A stretch of 63,981 bases of DNA, the filler included, from Caldilineae bacterium (GTDB lineage Bacteria; Chloroflexota; Anaerolineae; DTLA01), in assembly GCA_037446815.1 (NCBI GenBank). It is 5 parts of 5 records of this genome, joined end to end, with 100 filler letters (N's around TTAATTAATTAA, not from the genome) between each part and the next. Parts side by side here need not be neighbours in the genome. Positions count along the whole stretch, not along the records: positions 13,436 to 26,640 come from JBBIHX010000071.1; positions 26,741 to 39,670 come from JBBIHX010000072.1; 3 more parts are not named here. One strand, 5' to 3'. This document shows, one piece after another, positions 20,519 through 30,001 of the stretch. Under the pieces are notes generated by a model. It worked only from the letters and a program-made list of their open reading frames with translations. It was not told the origin of the DNA and made no database searches. The position numbers and the translations under genes were made by a program. Numbering within the stretch: position 1 is the first letter of the stretch; each line of letters starts with the position of its first letter.

Positions 20519-22339
20519 ATGGGTTGGATGATGGATGGCCTGGAAAGCGATCGGTACGACCGAACCTACGGCGACCTCAACCTGGTTCGGCGCGTGCTGT
20601 CCTACTTCCGGCCGCACTGGAAACCGATGGCAGCCGTGGTGTTGGCCATCGTGTGCGATTCCGCGGTCAGCGCCGGCACCCCCATCCTCATCTCGTGGGG
20701 CATTGACCGAGTGGCCGGCCAAATGTCCACCGCCACCATCGCCCTCATCGTCGGCATCGTGCTGGCGTTCAGCGGCATGGCCTGGGTGTTCAACTACATG
20801 CGGTGGCGCATCTCGGCCCGCGTCGTGGGCGACGTGGTGCTCACCCTGCGGCAGGATGCCTTCGCTGCCGTAACCCAGCGCGACCTATCGTTCTACGACG
20901 AGGAGCCGTCGGGCAAGATCGTAAGCCGCGTTACCTCGGACACGCAGGACTTCTCCGAGGTGGTGATGCTCATCCTGAACCTGGTGAGCCAACTGCTGAT
21001 GGTGCTGGTGCTGTTCGCGGTGCTGGCGACCATCAACCTGCGCCTCACCCTGGCGCTGGTGGCGCTGGTGCCTGTGGTGATGGGCCTGGCGCTGTCGTTC
21101 CGACGGGTGGCGCGCACGGTAACGCAGAAGGCGCGCCGCGTGCTGGCCAAGGTCAACGCCCTCATCCAGGAGTCCATCAGCGGCATCGCCGTCGCCAAGA
21201 ACTTCCGCCAGGAAGCCGCCGTGTACAAGGACTTCCGGCACCTGAACCAGCAGGCGTACCGCGTGAACCTCATCCGTGGCTGGACGCTCAACGCCATCAT
21301 CCCGCTGCTGGAAATCACGGTGGGGCTGGGGACGGCGCTCATCGTGTACTACGGCGGCATCGTGAGCCTGCAAGGGCTGCTCACGCCAGGCCAGTGGTAC
21401 CTGTTCGTGCAGGCGATGTACCACTTCTGGGGGCCGCTCACCAGCATCGCATCCTTCTGGAGCCAGTTCCAGGATGGACTCTCGGCGGCCGAGCGCGTGT
21501 TCGCCCTGATTGACGCCGAGCCGAAGGTGGTGCAGGTGGCGTCGGAGCCGGTCGGGGAGATCCAGGGCCGCGTGGAGTTCCGCCACGTGCACTTCACCTA
21601 CACCGGGCGCGAGGTGGTGCTGGATGACTTCTCGCTGGAGATTCGCCCAGGCGAGACGGTGGCCATCGTCGGGCACACGGGCGCGGGCAAATCCAGCCTG
21701 GCCCGCCTCATCGCCCGCTTCTACGAGTTCCAGGGCGGGCAGATTCTCATAGACGGGCGCGACATCCGCACCTTTGACCTGGCCCAGTATCGGCGGCAGT
21801 TGGGCATTGTGCCGCAGGAGCCGTTCCTGTTCTCGGGCACCGTGATGGACAACATCCGCTACACCCGCCCCGAAGCCACCGACGACGAGGTGCGGGCCGC
21901 CGCGCGGAAGATCGCCGGCGGCGAGTGGGTTGACCTGCTGCCCAACGGCTTGCAGACCGACGTGGGCGAACGCGGCGGGCGGCTGTCCATGGGGCAGCGG
22001 CAGTTGGTGGCCCTGGCCCGCGTGGTGCTGGCCGACCCGCGCATCCTCATCCTGGACGAGGCCACGGCCAGCGTGGACCCTTTCACCGAGGCGCAGATAC
22101 AGGAGGGGTTGGAAGTGGTGATGGCGGGGCGCACGTCCATCGTCATCGCCCACCGCCTGTCCACCGTGCAGAACGCAGATCGCATCATCGTGCTGCGCGA
22201 GGGCAAGATTATAGAAGAGGGCACGCATCGCGCGCTGCTGGCCGCGGGCGGGCACTACGCGGAACTGTACAACACGTACTTCCGGCACCAGTCGCTGGAG
22301 TACATAGAGCAGGCGCGGCTCTTGGCGGCCCAGGCGTAG
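20519..22339 (+). CDS. ABC exporter subunit B (TMD+NBD)
   Basis: GHTGAGKS, LSMGQRQ, ILDEATASVD; forms a heterodimeric exporter pair with the upstream gene. Confidence 0.93.
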   Translation: MGWMMDGLESDRYDRTYGDLNLVRRVLSYFRPHWKPMAAVVLAIVCDSAVSAGTPILISWGIDRVAGQMSTATIALIVGIVLAFSGMAWVFNYMRWRISARVVGDVVLTLRQDAFAAVTQRDLSFYDEEPSGKIVSRVTSDTQDFSEVVMLILNLVSQLLMVLVLFAVLATINLRLTLALVALVPVVMGLALSFRRVARTVTQKARRVLAKVNALIQESISGIAVAKNFRQEAAVYKDFRHLNQQAYRVNLIRGWTLNAIIPLLEITVGLGTALIVYYGGIVSLQGLLTPGQWYLFVQAMYHFWGPLTSIASFWSQFQDGLSAAERVFALIDAEPKVVQVASEPVGEIQGRVEFRHVHFTYTGREVVLDDFSLEIRPGETVAIVGHTGAGKSSLARLIARFYEFQGGQILIDGRDIRTFDLAQYRRQLGIVPQEPFLFSGTVMDNIRYTRPEATDDEVRAAARKIAGGEWVDLLPNGLQTDVGERGGRLSMGQRQLVALARVVLADPRILILDEATASVDPFTEAQIQEGLEVVMAGRTSIVIAHRLSTVQNADRIIVLREGKIIEEGTHRALLAAGGHYAELYNTYFRHQSLEYIEQARLLAAQA

Positions 22340-22416
22340 GATGCCGGAGCGCGTGTGCTCCGCCCTCGGCTGTCAGCGCCCGGAGGCGCGCATGCCGGCG
22401 AAAAGGTGTTTGTGCG

Positions 22417-22791
22417 TCATGGCCTTCTACTGAGCGGGAAGAGCGCGGCCGGCAAGGCAATCACCAGCGCCACAAGTGCGATCCGGTGAATCGTCAGCAG
22501 CAGCGCATGGTCAACCTTGCCTGCGCTCATCAGCGCGCCGCTCCCGAACAGGGCCACGACGCAAAGCCCCGCCACCGCAAACAAGGCGATGGGAAGCGCC
22601 GCAATGTCAACGCTCTTGAGCATACCGGCCAGCAGAATGACGGTAACGACGACGGCGGCCAGGGCGAGCAGTTTGTGGACGTTGAAGAGCAGCGCGCCGT
22701 ACGGCCTGCCCGATCGGCTCAGCCAGAAGCCGAACGCCAGCGTCAGAACGAAAGCGATTCCGAGGATAACGAATCGGGATAGAGTGGTCAC
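22417..22791 (-). CDS. hypothetical 4-TM membrane protein
   Basis: hydrophobic 124-aa ORF with HKL and HRI segments. Confidence 0.7.
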   Translation of the reverse strand: MTTLSRFVILGIAFVLTLAFGFWLSRSGRPYGALLFNVHKLLALAAVVVTVILLAGMLKSVDIAALPIALFAVAGLCVVALFGSGALMSAGKVDHALLLTIHRIALVALVIALPAALFPLSRRP

Positions 22792-22976
22792 TCAGGCCTC
22801 CTTGCAGCGTGGCCGCCCAACGCGCTCTGCCGCGGCGATATTGCCGTGGGCCCGGACGTGCAGGCGTGGCATGTTCACCCGCTGCCCCTGTGATGGCATT
22901 ATGCGGCACGCTGTGGCCGGCGTCAAGTCGCAGTCGCGTGGGGTTGATTGCGTTCGCCTGCGGTGAGGGATGGCAA

Positions 22977-23009
22977 ACGTGCGACGCACCTCCGAGGTGC
23001 GTCGCACGT
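22977..23009. repeat. 33-bp palindromic repeat
   Basis: ACGTGCGACGCACCTC-C-GAGGTGCGTCGCACGT, identical at 18521 and 53802. Confidence 0.85.
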
Positions 23010-23073
23010 TGTGCACGCCGCGCAGATTCGTGTCATCCGTGGGGATGCCCCTATCCCAGAGCGCGGGCCGCCG

Positions 23074-23526
23074 CTATTCGCCCCCGGCGACCTGGACGCG
23101 CTCCACCAAATCGGCGATGGGCACCTGAATCTGGCCCACGTCGCGGGTCTCGCCGCCCGCGATGCGCACCGGCACCTCAATGCCCCGTGCCGAGTAGCCG
23201 ACGACGAGCGTCTGATCGCCCGCCGGCACACCCTGAATCTCAAAATTGCCCGCCGCATCCGCTTGGGCGGTTAGGTCGGTTTTGAGGACAAAGATTTCGG
23301 CGGCCAGGGGCTGGCCCTTCTCGTCCACGACCGTGCCCTTGACCCCGCCGACCCCGGCCAGGCGGGTGAACGCGTCGCTCCGCACAAGGTTCACAATGCC
23401 GAACGCCAGCGCCAGCACCGACAACACCGCGATGATGATCCATGCCCGCTTGCGGCGGCGGGACGAATCGGGCAACTGCTCGGGGATTCCGTCCTTGTAT
23501 TCTTCAAGGGATGGCGAACGTTCCAT
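23074..23526 (-). CDS. membrane-anchored carboxypeptidase-regulatory-like (beta-sandwich) protein
   Basis: TM helix, then VKGTVVDEKGQPL..ADAAGNFEIQGVPAG. Confidence 0.75.
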   Translation of the reverse strand: MERSPSLEEYKDGIPEQLPDSSRRRKRAWIIIAVLSVLALAFGIVNLVRSDAFTRLAGVGGVKGTVVDEKGQPLAAEIFVLKTDLTAQADAAGNFEIQGVPAGDQTLVVGYSARGIEVPVRIAGGETRDVGQIQVPIADLVERVQVAGGE

Positions 23527-23531
23527 GTTCC

Positions 23532-24284
23532 TCACTCCTCGCAGCCCGGCGTCTTGACCGCCACGTCGTCCAACACGATGCTGGAGCCTGCGTTGGATGC
23601 CACGCCCACTGCCCCTTCGGTGTACAGGTTCTTCGGGTCGGTGGCCTCCATGATCTTCTTGCCGTTCATGCTGGCGATAAAGGTGTCCCCCTGCACAGAA
23701 ATCGTCAGGTTGGCGGGGTTATCCCACCCGCTGTTGGCAGGGATGACCATCTTCCCGGGCGGGTTCATCACCACCTGTGTGCCGCCGACCCAGTAACTGA
23801 AGTACATGGTAATTGGCTCCTTGGGCGTGCGGCGCTCAAACTCAAACATGTACCCGTTGAGGCGACTCTTGGCGTCCAGGCTGGATCGGAACATGACGCC
23901 GTAACCGTTCCACGCGCTGCGCTGATTCGCCAACTTGATGCCGTTCAGGCTGATGTTGTAGTCGCTGCCCGAGTACTCGTTCAGCAGGATGGCGCCCGAG
24001 CGCGGGCTGATGAGTTTCCCGTCCTTGACCTGCCATCGGCCATACCTGCCCCAGAAGGAGTTCTTGATCTCGGTCCAACTGGGCGCGGTGCTGAAGTCGG
24101 AGTGGTAGTACGTTTTGCAGTCCACCTCGCCGCCCAGGGCTTTCACGACGGCGGCGTACACGTCGCCCAGCGAGATGCCCATCGCGCCCAACGCAAGGAC
24201 GACGACGAGCGCGATGAGACCGAGGATCACAGCATACTCCACGATGCCCTGGCCTTTGCGTCGTCTTGGCTGAAAGTTGTTCAT
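23532..24284 (-). CDS. Flp/type IVb pilin-like protein fused to a ConA/DUF1080-like domain
   Basis: KGQGIVEYAVIL prepilin motif and TM helix; C-terminal beta-rich domain (WQVKDGKL..G.VG...DDVAV). Confidence 0.75.
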   Translation of the reverse strand: MNNFQPRRRKGQGIVEYAVILGLIALVVVLALGAMGISLGDVYAAVVKALGGEVDCKTYYHSDFSTAPSWTEIKNSFWGRYGRWQVKDGKLISPRSGAILLNEYSGSDYNISLNGIKLANQRSAWNGYGVMFRSSLDAKSRLNGYMFEFERRTPKEPITMYFSYWVGGTQVVMNPPGKMVIPANSGWDNPANLTISVQGDTFIASMNGKKIMEATDPKNLYTEGAVGVASNAGSSIVLDDVAVKTPGCEE

Positions 24285-24316
24285 GACTTCCCTCCGGTGG
24301 TGTGCGTGAAAGACCG

Positions 24317-25555
24317 CTAACCGATGCGCTGGGGGCTGGCCGAAGAACGCTCGGCCCGGGCCTGACGCTGGCGAATCCGCCGCTGGACCCGCTCCCAGGC
24401 GGAGGTTGGGGTCGCGGGCGCTTGCGCGCGATGTTCGTCGGCGCTCAGGGCAAAGGCCAAATCTTCCAGCAAAGCCCCAAGCGGGCTTTCCGGTGCGTCT
24501 AGGACGGGGGGGACGCCGGTGTTGATGGCTTTGATGATGGGATCTGGCGCGAAGGGGATAACCAGGCTAGTCGGATGCTTCAGGAAGGCCTCCATTTCCT
24601 TGCGGGCCAGTCCTCCGCGCTCAAAGATCCAGTTCAAAACCAGATAAATCCTGTCTTTATTGTACTCAAGTGTCGCAAAGACGTCAAGCGCACGCGCCGT
24701 AACATAGGCCGATGCCAAGTCCGGCGTCATGATGGTTACGATGCGGTGGGCGGTATCCAGCGCCGCAAGGTTGGTGGAGCTGAAGTCATGGGCCAGGTCC
24801 AGCACGACGTAGGGGTAGCGCGACTTGAGCAACCGGATGACCTGCGTTACGTGTTCGACGGAGACGGCTTCGGCGAACTGGGGCCCGCGAGGCGCAGCCA
24901 GCACGCGCACGCCGCTGGGGTGCTCCAACAAGGTGCGCTCCACCAGGTCGGCGTCCAACTCCGCCGGCGGAATGCGCGCCAGGTCGGCCCAGGTGTGCTG
25001 GAGCGGCAGGTTGAACAGGAGCGCGCTATAGCCCGCCGCCAGCGCCAGGTCCACCAGCGCGACCGGCCGGCCCCAAACTTGCGCCAGGCCCGCCGCCAGG
25101 TTCGCCGCCAGGGTGGACACGCCGCACCCGCCGCGCAGGGAGAAGACCGCCAAGACCGTGCCCTCCACGGCGTGGGCGACCGCCGCTCCCGCGAATCGCC
25201 GCAGAAGGGCCTTGACCCGCGCCACCAGTTCCGCCGCGTCAAAAGGCTTCGCTAGGTAGTCGGCAGCGCCGGCAGTGAACGCCTTGATCTTGCCCTCCAC
25301 GGTGTCGTCGGCGGTGAGCATGAGGACAGGGAGGAGCGGGGCGTCGGTCCGCGCCTTCAGGCGGCGCAGCACCTCGTACCCGTCCAGCCCGGGCATCATC
25401 ACGTCCAGGATGATGAGGTCGGGGCGAACGGAATCCACCTGCGCAAGGGCTTCAACCCCATCGCGGGCGGTGAAGACCTCGTAGCCGGCCCCGGACAGGG
25501 ACTTGGACACGATTCTGAGCGTAATGGGGTCGTCGTCTACGGCCAAGATGCGCAT
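24317..25555 (-). CDS. response regulator receiver fused to a CpaE/TadZ-like ATPase domain
   Basis: REC domain (VDDD, LDVMMP, KPF); degenerate Walker A SLRGGCGVST; LVDL. Confidence 0.85.
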   Translation of the reverse strand: MRILAVDDDPITLRIVSKSLSGAGYEVFTARDGVEALAQVDSVRPDLIILDVMMPGLDGYEVLRRLKARTDAPLLPVLMLTADDTVEGKIKAFTAGAADYLAKPFDAAELVARVKALLRRFAGAAVAHAVEGTVLAVFSLRGGCGVSTLAANLAAGLAQVWGRPVALVDLALAAGYSALLFNLPLQHTWADLARIPPAELDADLVERTLLEHPSGVRVLAAPRGPQFAEAVSVEHVTQVIRLLKSRYPYVVLDLAHDFSSTNLAALDTAHRIVTIMTPDLASAYVTARALDVFATLEYNKDRIYLVLNWIFERGGLARKEMEAFLKHPTSLVIPFAPDPIIKAINTGVPPVLDAPESPLGALLEDLAFALSADEHRAQAPATPTSAWERVQRRIRQRQARAERSSASPQRIG

Positions 25556-25578
25556 GGCGTTTGCATCCCTCTGTGGCG

Positions 25579-26565
25579 CTACACCCGCAACTCCACCACG
25601 TCGCCGTCGTGCAGGACGTAGTCGCGGGGGACCATCTGGCCGTCAAACTGCGCGCTCCCCCACACGCGCGCCGCCTTCAAATCGCGCAGAAAGTCCTGGT
25701 GAACCGCCGCGGCGAAGTCCTCCACCGTGCTCCCTTTCTTGATGACAAACGGCGCGCTGAAGTCGGGGTCCTTCCCGGGGGGCTTGGCATAGATGCGGAT
25801 GACGCCGAGCGCCTGGAATACCTCGTGCTTCAGCAATTCCAGATTGCGCCCCGTCGCCGCCGACACGGGCAGCATCGGCCAGTCCTCATCCAGAAGTTCG
25901 CGGAAGATCTCGTAGACCTCGTCCCACTCCTCCGAGTCGGTCTTGTTGGCCAGGACGAGAAACGGTTTGAAGGTCCAGCGGCGATCCTCAGGGTAGCGGG
26001 CCTTGCGGTGCAGGGGTACGATGCGGCTCTGCTCCAGGAGCGCCACCGCCTCCTCCAAGTGCTGGAGCGGGTCTGTGCGCACATCCACCACCAACAGGAT
26101 GAGGTCCACACGGCGGAGGAGGTCCATCAGGGCCGGCTCCACGAACTCGGCGCTGAGGGGCGGGGTGTCAATCAACTGAATCTGCACGTTTTCCACGGGC
26201 ATCATCCCCGGCGTCGGGGCCCACGTGGTGAAGGGCGCATCAGACACCTCGGGCTCGGCATTGGTGAGCGCCTTGACCAGGGCGGACTTGCCCACGTTGG
26301 TGGTGCCGACCACGGCGACCTGTCCCGCGCCTTCGCGCTCAATGCGATAGGCGGCGTCGCGTCGGCTGACGGCTTTGGCCCCCTGCGGGCTGGTGCGCAG
26401 TTTGGACAACTTGCGCCGCAGGTCGCCCACCAGGTGCTCGGTCCCCTTGTGCTTGGGGATGAGCGCGATGAACTCCTCCAGGCGGGCGATCTTCTCCTCC
26501 GTCGTTTTCGCCTCGCGGTATCGTTTTTCGGCTTCCTGGGCCTCTGGGGGAAGGTTGGTCGGCAT
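25579..26565 (-). CDS. DRG/OBG-family GTPase with TGS domain
   Basis: MPTNLPPE, PKHKGTE, GTTNVGKS, PFTT, NKTD and a C-terminal TGS domain (L.DGDVVEL). Confidence 0.9.
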   Translation of the reverse strand: MPTNLPPEAQEAEKRYREAKTTEEKIARLEEFIALIPKHKGTEHLVGDLRRKLSKLRTSPQGAKAVSRRDAAYRIEREGAGQVAVVGTTNVGKSALVKALTNAEPEVSDAPFTTWAPTPGMMPVENVQIQLIDTPPLSAEFVEPALMDLLRRVDLILLVVDVRTDPLQHLEEAVALLEQSRIVPLHRKARYPEDRRWTFKPFLVLANKTDSEEWDEVYEIFRELLDEDWPMLPVSAATGRNLELLKHEVFQALGVIRIYAKPPGKDPDFSAPFVIKKGSTVEDFAAAVHQDFLRDLKAARVWGSAQFDGQMVPRDYVLHDGDVVELRV

Positions 26566-26640
26566 GGCTCCACTCGCGCAAAGGTTCTGGCTCATTGTAT
26601 CCGCGATTCGCCGCGGTCGTCAAATGGGCGGCTGGCAGGA

Positions 26641-26740
26641 NNNNNNNNNNNNNNNNNNNNNNNNNNNNNNNNNNNNNNNNNNNNTTAATTAATTAANNNN
26701 NNNNNNNNNNNNNNNNNNNNNNNNNNNNNNNNNNNNNNNN
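26641..26740. other. artificial contig linker
   Basis: N-run with TTAATTAATTAA. Confidence 0.97.
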
Positions 26741-26888
26741 TCGGGCGCTGCGCGCCCTCGCAATGACAAACACCAACAGACTTTGGAACCGAATCCCTCC
26801 CCTCCGACGCTTGCAGGTAACGCCGAAATGGTGTATTATGAGACGCAGCAGACCGCCGATTCTCGGATTCCTTTCCAGGAGGGGGCAC

Positions 26889-27647
26889 GTGCTTGAAATC
26901 CAGCACCTGACGAAAATCTACGAAGACGGTACGCGGGCACTCCATGACGTCAGTTTCACCGTAAGGGATGGTGAATTCGTCATCCTCATCGGGCTCAGCG
27001 GTTCGGGCAAGTCCACGCTCTTGCGCTGCATCAACCGCCTGGTGGAGCCCACCAGCGGCAAAATCATCTGGAACGGCGTGGACATCACGGCGGCGTCCCC
27101 CAAGGAACTGCGGGAGATTCGCCGGAATATCGGCATGATCTTCCAGCAGTTCAACCTCGTGAAGCGGTCCTCTGTGATGACCAACGTCCTGTCGGGCCGC
27201 CTGGGGTATGTCAACACGTGGGCGAGCGTCATGGGCCAGTTCAGCAAGGCCGACCGCCAGCGCGCCATCGCCAGCCTGGAGCGCGTGGGCATTCCCGAGA
27301 AGGCGTACAACCGCGCCGACTCTCTCAGCGGCGGCCAGCAGCAGCGCGTTGGCATCGCCCGCGCCCTGATGCAGGCGCCCAAACTCATGTTGGCCGATGA
27401 GCCCGTCGCGAGCCTGGACCCCGCCACCTCCCACTCGGTCCTCAAGTATTTGGAGCAACTCAACAAAGAAGATGGCATCACCGTCCTGTGTAGCCTCCAC
27501 TTTCTCAGCCTGGCGCGCCGCTACGGATCGCGCATCATCGCCCTCAAGGCCGGCGAAATCGTCTTTGACGGCCTGCCAAAGGACATTGACCACCGGCGCT
27601 TCCAGGAAATCTACGGCGAGGAAGCCATAGAAGTAGAGATCGCTTGA
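26889..27647 (+). CDS. phnC: phosphonate/phosphate ABC transporter ATP-binding protein
   Basis: GLSGSGKS, GMIFQQFNLV.R.SV..NVL.GRLG, LSGGQQQRV, ADEPVASLDP; GTG start after AGGAGG. Confidence 0.9.
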   Translation: MLEIQHLTKIYEDGTRALHDVSFTVRDGEFVILIGLSGSGKSTLLRCINRLVEPTSGKIIWNGVDITAASPKELREIRRNIGMIFQQFNLVKRSSVMTNVLSGRLGYVNTWASVMGQFSKADRQRAIASLERVGIPEKAYNRADSLSGGQQQRVGIARALMQAPKLMLADEPVASLDPATSHSVLKYLEQLNKEDGITVLCSLHFLSLARRYGSRIIALKAGEIVFDGLPKDIDHRRFQEIYGEEAIEVEIA

Positions 27648-27675
27648 TGTCCATTCTCGCACAGGGAGAACAACG

Positions 27676-29403
27676 ATGAGCGAAGAGCAGAACGAGGTCC
27701 TGCGACACGGGGATAAAGTCATCATCGCCCGCGGTGTCAGCCGCTTCAAGGTCGCCCGGCACCGCCTGACAGGACTGTTTACGGATGTCCTGACGCTTTG
27801 CTATCTTTACGCATCCATTCGGCTTCTCATTCTCCAGTTGCCTCGCTACAAGGAGGCTGTGAAGGCCAGCACGGGCCAGCCGGTTCTCTATGTGCCGTGG
27901 GCCATCGTCATCTCCGCGGCCATTGTGGTGGCCCTGTTCTGGGGCAGCCTGGGGCGGTCGCTGGGCGGGCGCGTCGGCAGCATTGAGTACACCCGAAACG
28001 GCAGCAAGTCGGTGCCCATCCTCCGACGCCTGTTGCATGCCCTGCTGAACGTCATCGGCGCGGCGCCCGCGTACAGCGCCCTCTGGTGGCTCCACACCCA
28101 CGACCCCCGCTACGAGTTGTGGACCTTGGCCGCGCTCCCGTTGCTTGTCCTGTTCCTGTGGGCATTCGTGGACCCCAAGGGCCGCACGCTGGTGGACCGC
28201 ATCGCGGGGATTGAGGTCTCCCTGCCGGAGTACAAAGAGGTCGTGGACGTTCGCGTGCGCCCGCGCCCCTGGTACACCCGCTCGTGGGGCGTCGCGGCGC
28301 TGGCGATGCTCATCCTCTCGTACACCACCGGCTGGGTCATCACCAAGATTGACATCAACGCGCTCGTAAAGGACGCGCCCAGGGCCAAGCCGCTGTTCAT
28401 TGACCTGGTTACCCCGGACCTGTTTGAGAAGACGCCTGTGGATCAGGTGGCCCGCGCCAAGTACCAGATTCCCTGCTCCGGCACGCCGCCCGCCCCCGCC
28501 GAGGTGCAGCCGGGCAAGCCCAGCCTTATCATCACACGCGGCGGGACATGCGGCGAGCGCGGCGACCTTATCGCGGTGCGCGGGGAAAACTTCGCGCCCA
28601 ACTCCAAGGGGATCCTGTTCTGGGTAGATCCCATCGGCATGAAAGAGCGCATCCGCGGCATTCAGACCGATGAGAACGGGGCCTTTGAATACACCTTCAA
28701 CGTGCCCAACGCGCGCGGCGTAGATTACGAGATTCACGAGGTAGAGGCGGCGATTTCGGTCCCGTCGGGGCCGTGGCGGGCAACCATCACGCTCCGCATG
28801 GTCATTGACAAGATGATTGAGACCATCTTCCTGGCTCTGATGGCAACCACGCTCGGTGTCGTCATCTCCATCCCCATCAGTTTCCTGAGCGCGCGCAACC
28901 TGATGATTCACAACCCGCTCAGCGCGACGGTGTACTACATCACGCGCACCATCATGAACATCATGCGCTCCATTGAGCCGCTCATCTGGGCCCTCATCTT
29001 CGTCGTGTGGGTGGGCATCGGGCCGTTCGCGGGCGTCTTGGCCCTCACCCTGCACACCGTCGCGGCCCTGGCCAAATTGTACTCCGAGGCCATTGAGAGC
29101 ATAGACCCCGGCCCCATTGAGGCGGTTACGGCCACCGGCGCCGACCGCATCCAGACCATCGCCTACGCCGTTGTGCCCCAGATGATCCCGCCCTTCATCG
29201 CCTTCACCATCTACCGCTGGGACATCAACGTGCGCATGAGCACGGTCATCGGCCTGGTCGGCGGCGGCGGCATCGGCTTCCTGCTCATCCAGTGGATCAA
29301 CCTGCTCCAGTACCGCCAGGCGGCCACGGCGGTCTGGGCCATCGCCCTGGTTGTGGCCATCATGGACTACGCCAGCGCCATCGTGCGCGAGAAACTGGTT
29401 TGA
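27676..29403 (+). CDS. phnE: phosphonate ABC permease with N-terminal RDD-like and Ig-like extensions
   Basis: C-terminal RSI..LIWALIFV..VG.GPFAG, KLYSEAIE, DINVR.STVIGLVGGGGIG. Confidence 0.88.
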   Translation: MSEEQNEVLRHGDKVIIARGVSRFKVARHRLTGLFTDVLTLCYLYASIRLLILQLPRYKEAVKASTGQPVLYVPWAIVISAAIVVALFWGSLGRSLGGRVGSIEYTRNGSKSVPILRRLLHALLNVIGAAPAYSALWWLHTHDPRYELWTLAALPLLVLFLWAFVDPKGRTLVDRIAGIEVSLPEYKEVVDVRVRPRPWYTRSWGVAALAMLILSYTTGWVITKIDINALVKDAPRAKPLFIDLVTPDLFEKTPVDQVARAKYQIPCSGTPPAPAEVQPGKPSLIITRGGTCGERGDLIAVRGENFAPNSKGILFWVDPIGMKERIRGIQTDENGAFEYTFNVPNARGVDYEIHEVEAAISVPSGPWRATITLRMVIDKMIETIFLALMATTLGVVISIPISFLSARNLMIHNPLSATVYYITRTIMNIMRSIEPLIWALIFVVWVGIGPFAGVLALTLHTVAALAKLYSEAIESIDPGPIEAVTATGADRIQTIAYAVVPQMIPPFIAFTIYRWDINVRMSTVIGLVGGGGIGFLLIQWINLLQYRQAATAVWAIALVVAIMDYASAIVREKLV

Positions 29404-29440
29404 CGCCCGGACGTTCGTTTCAGACTCACGGAGGGGAACC

Positions 29441-29923
29441 ATGAAGTTATCTAGAGGCAAGTTGCCAGAACCGTTGTCGGTCTGGATGCTGTTGCTGTGC
29501 GCTGTCCTGTTGGCGGCGCTTATCTACAGCAGCGTGGGTGGGGTCGGCGTGTCCGCGCTGTTCCAGTCCGTCATCTCGCCGCCCGGGCCCAGCCCCACCG
29601 ACACGCCCGTCGTTACCGAAGAGCCGACGGTTGTCCGCACGCCCACGGTCATCATCGTAGAGCCGACGCCGTTCCCGACATCGGCGGAGTTGCCGCCTCC
29701 GTTGCCGACGTCGCCGGGGCAGCCCACGCTCCCGCCGCCCCCACCGCCTCCGCAGGAGCAGCCGACGTTTACGCCCGTGCCTCCGGTGCCCATCCCGACG
29801 GTCGCGCCGCAGCCAACGTCGGGCGGTCCCGCGCCCATTCTCTGGATCATCGTCGGGCTGGTCATCGTCGGGCTGTTCGTGGTCATCGCCATCTCGCCCA
29901 AGAAGCCGAAACCGGAAGAGTAA
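29441..29923 (+). CDS. Pro/Thr-rich membrane protein
   Basis: N- and C-terminal TM helices with a proline-rich linker; GGAGG RBS. Confidence 0.7.
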   Translation: MKLSRGKLPEPLSVWMLLLCAVLLAALIYSSVGGVGVSALFQSVISPPGPSPTDTPVVTEEPTVVRTPTVIIVEPTPFPTSAELPPPLPTSPGQPTLPPPPPPPQEQPTFTPVPPVPIPTVAPQPTSGGPAPILWIIVGLVIVGLFVVIAISPKKPKPEE

Positions 29924-30001
29924 CCCGAATTGCGCCTTGAGCCTGCATTTCCGAGCGCGCCCCTTCCCAAAGGCGCGCTCTTGTTCTTGTAGGGTAGCGC
30001 C

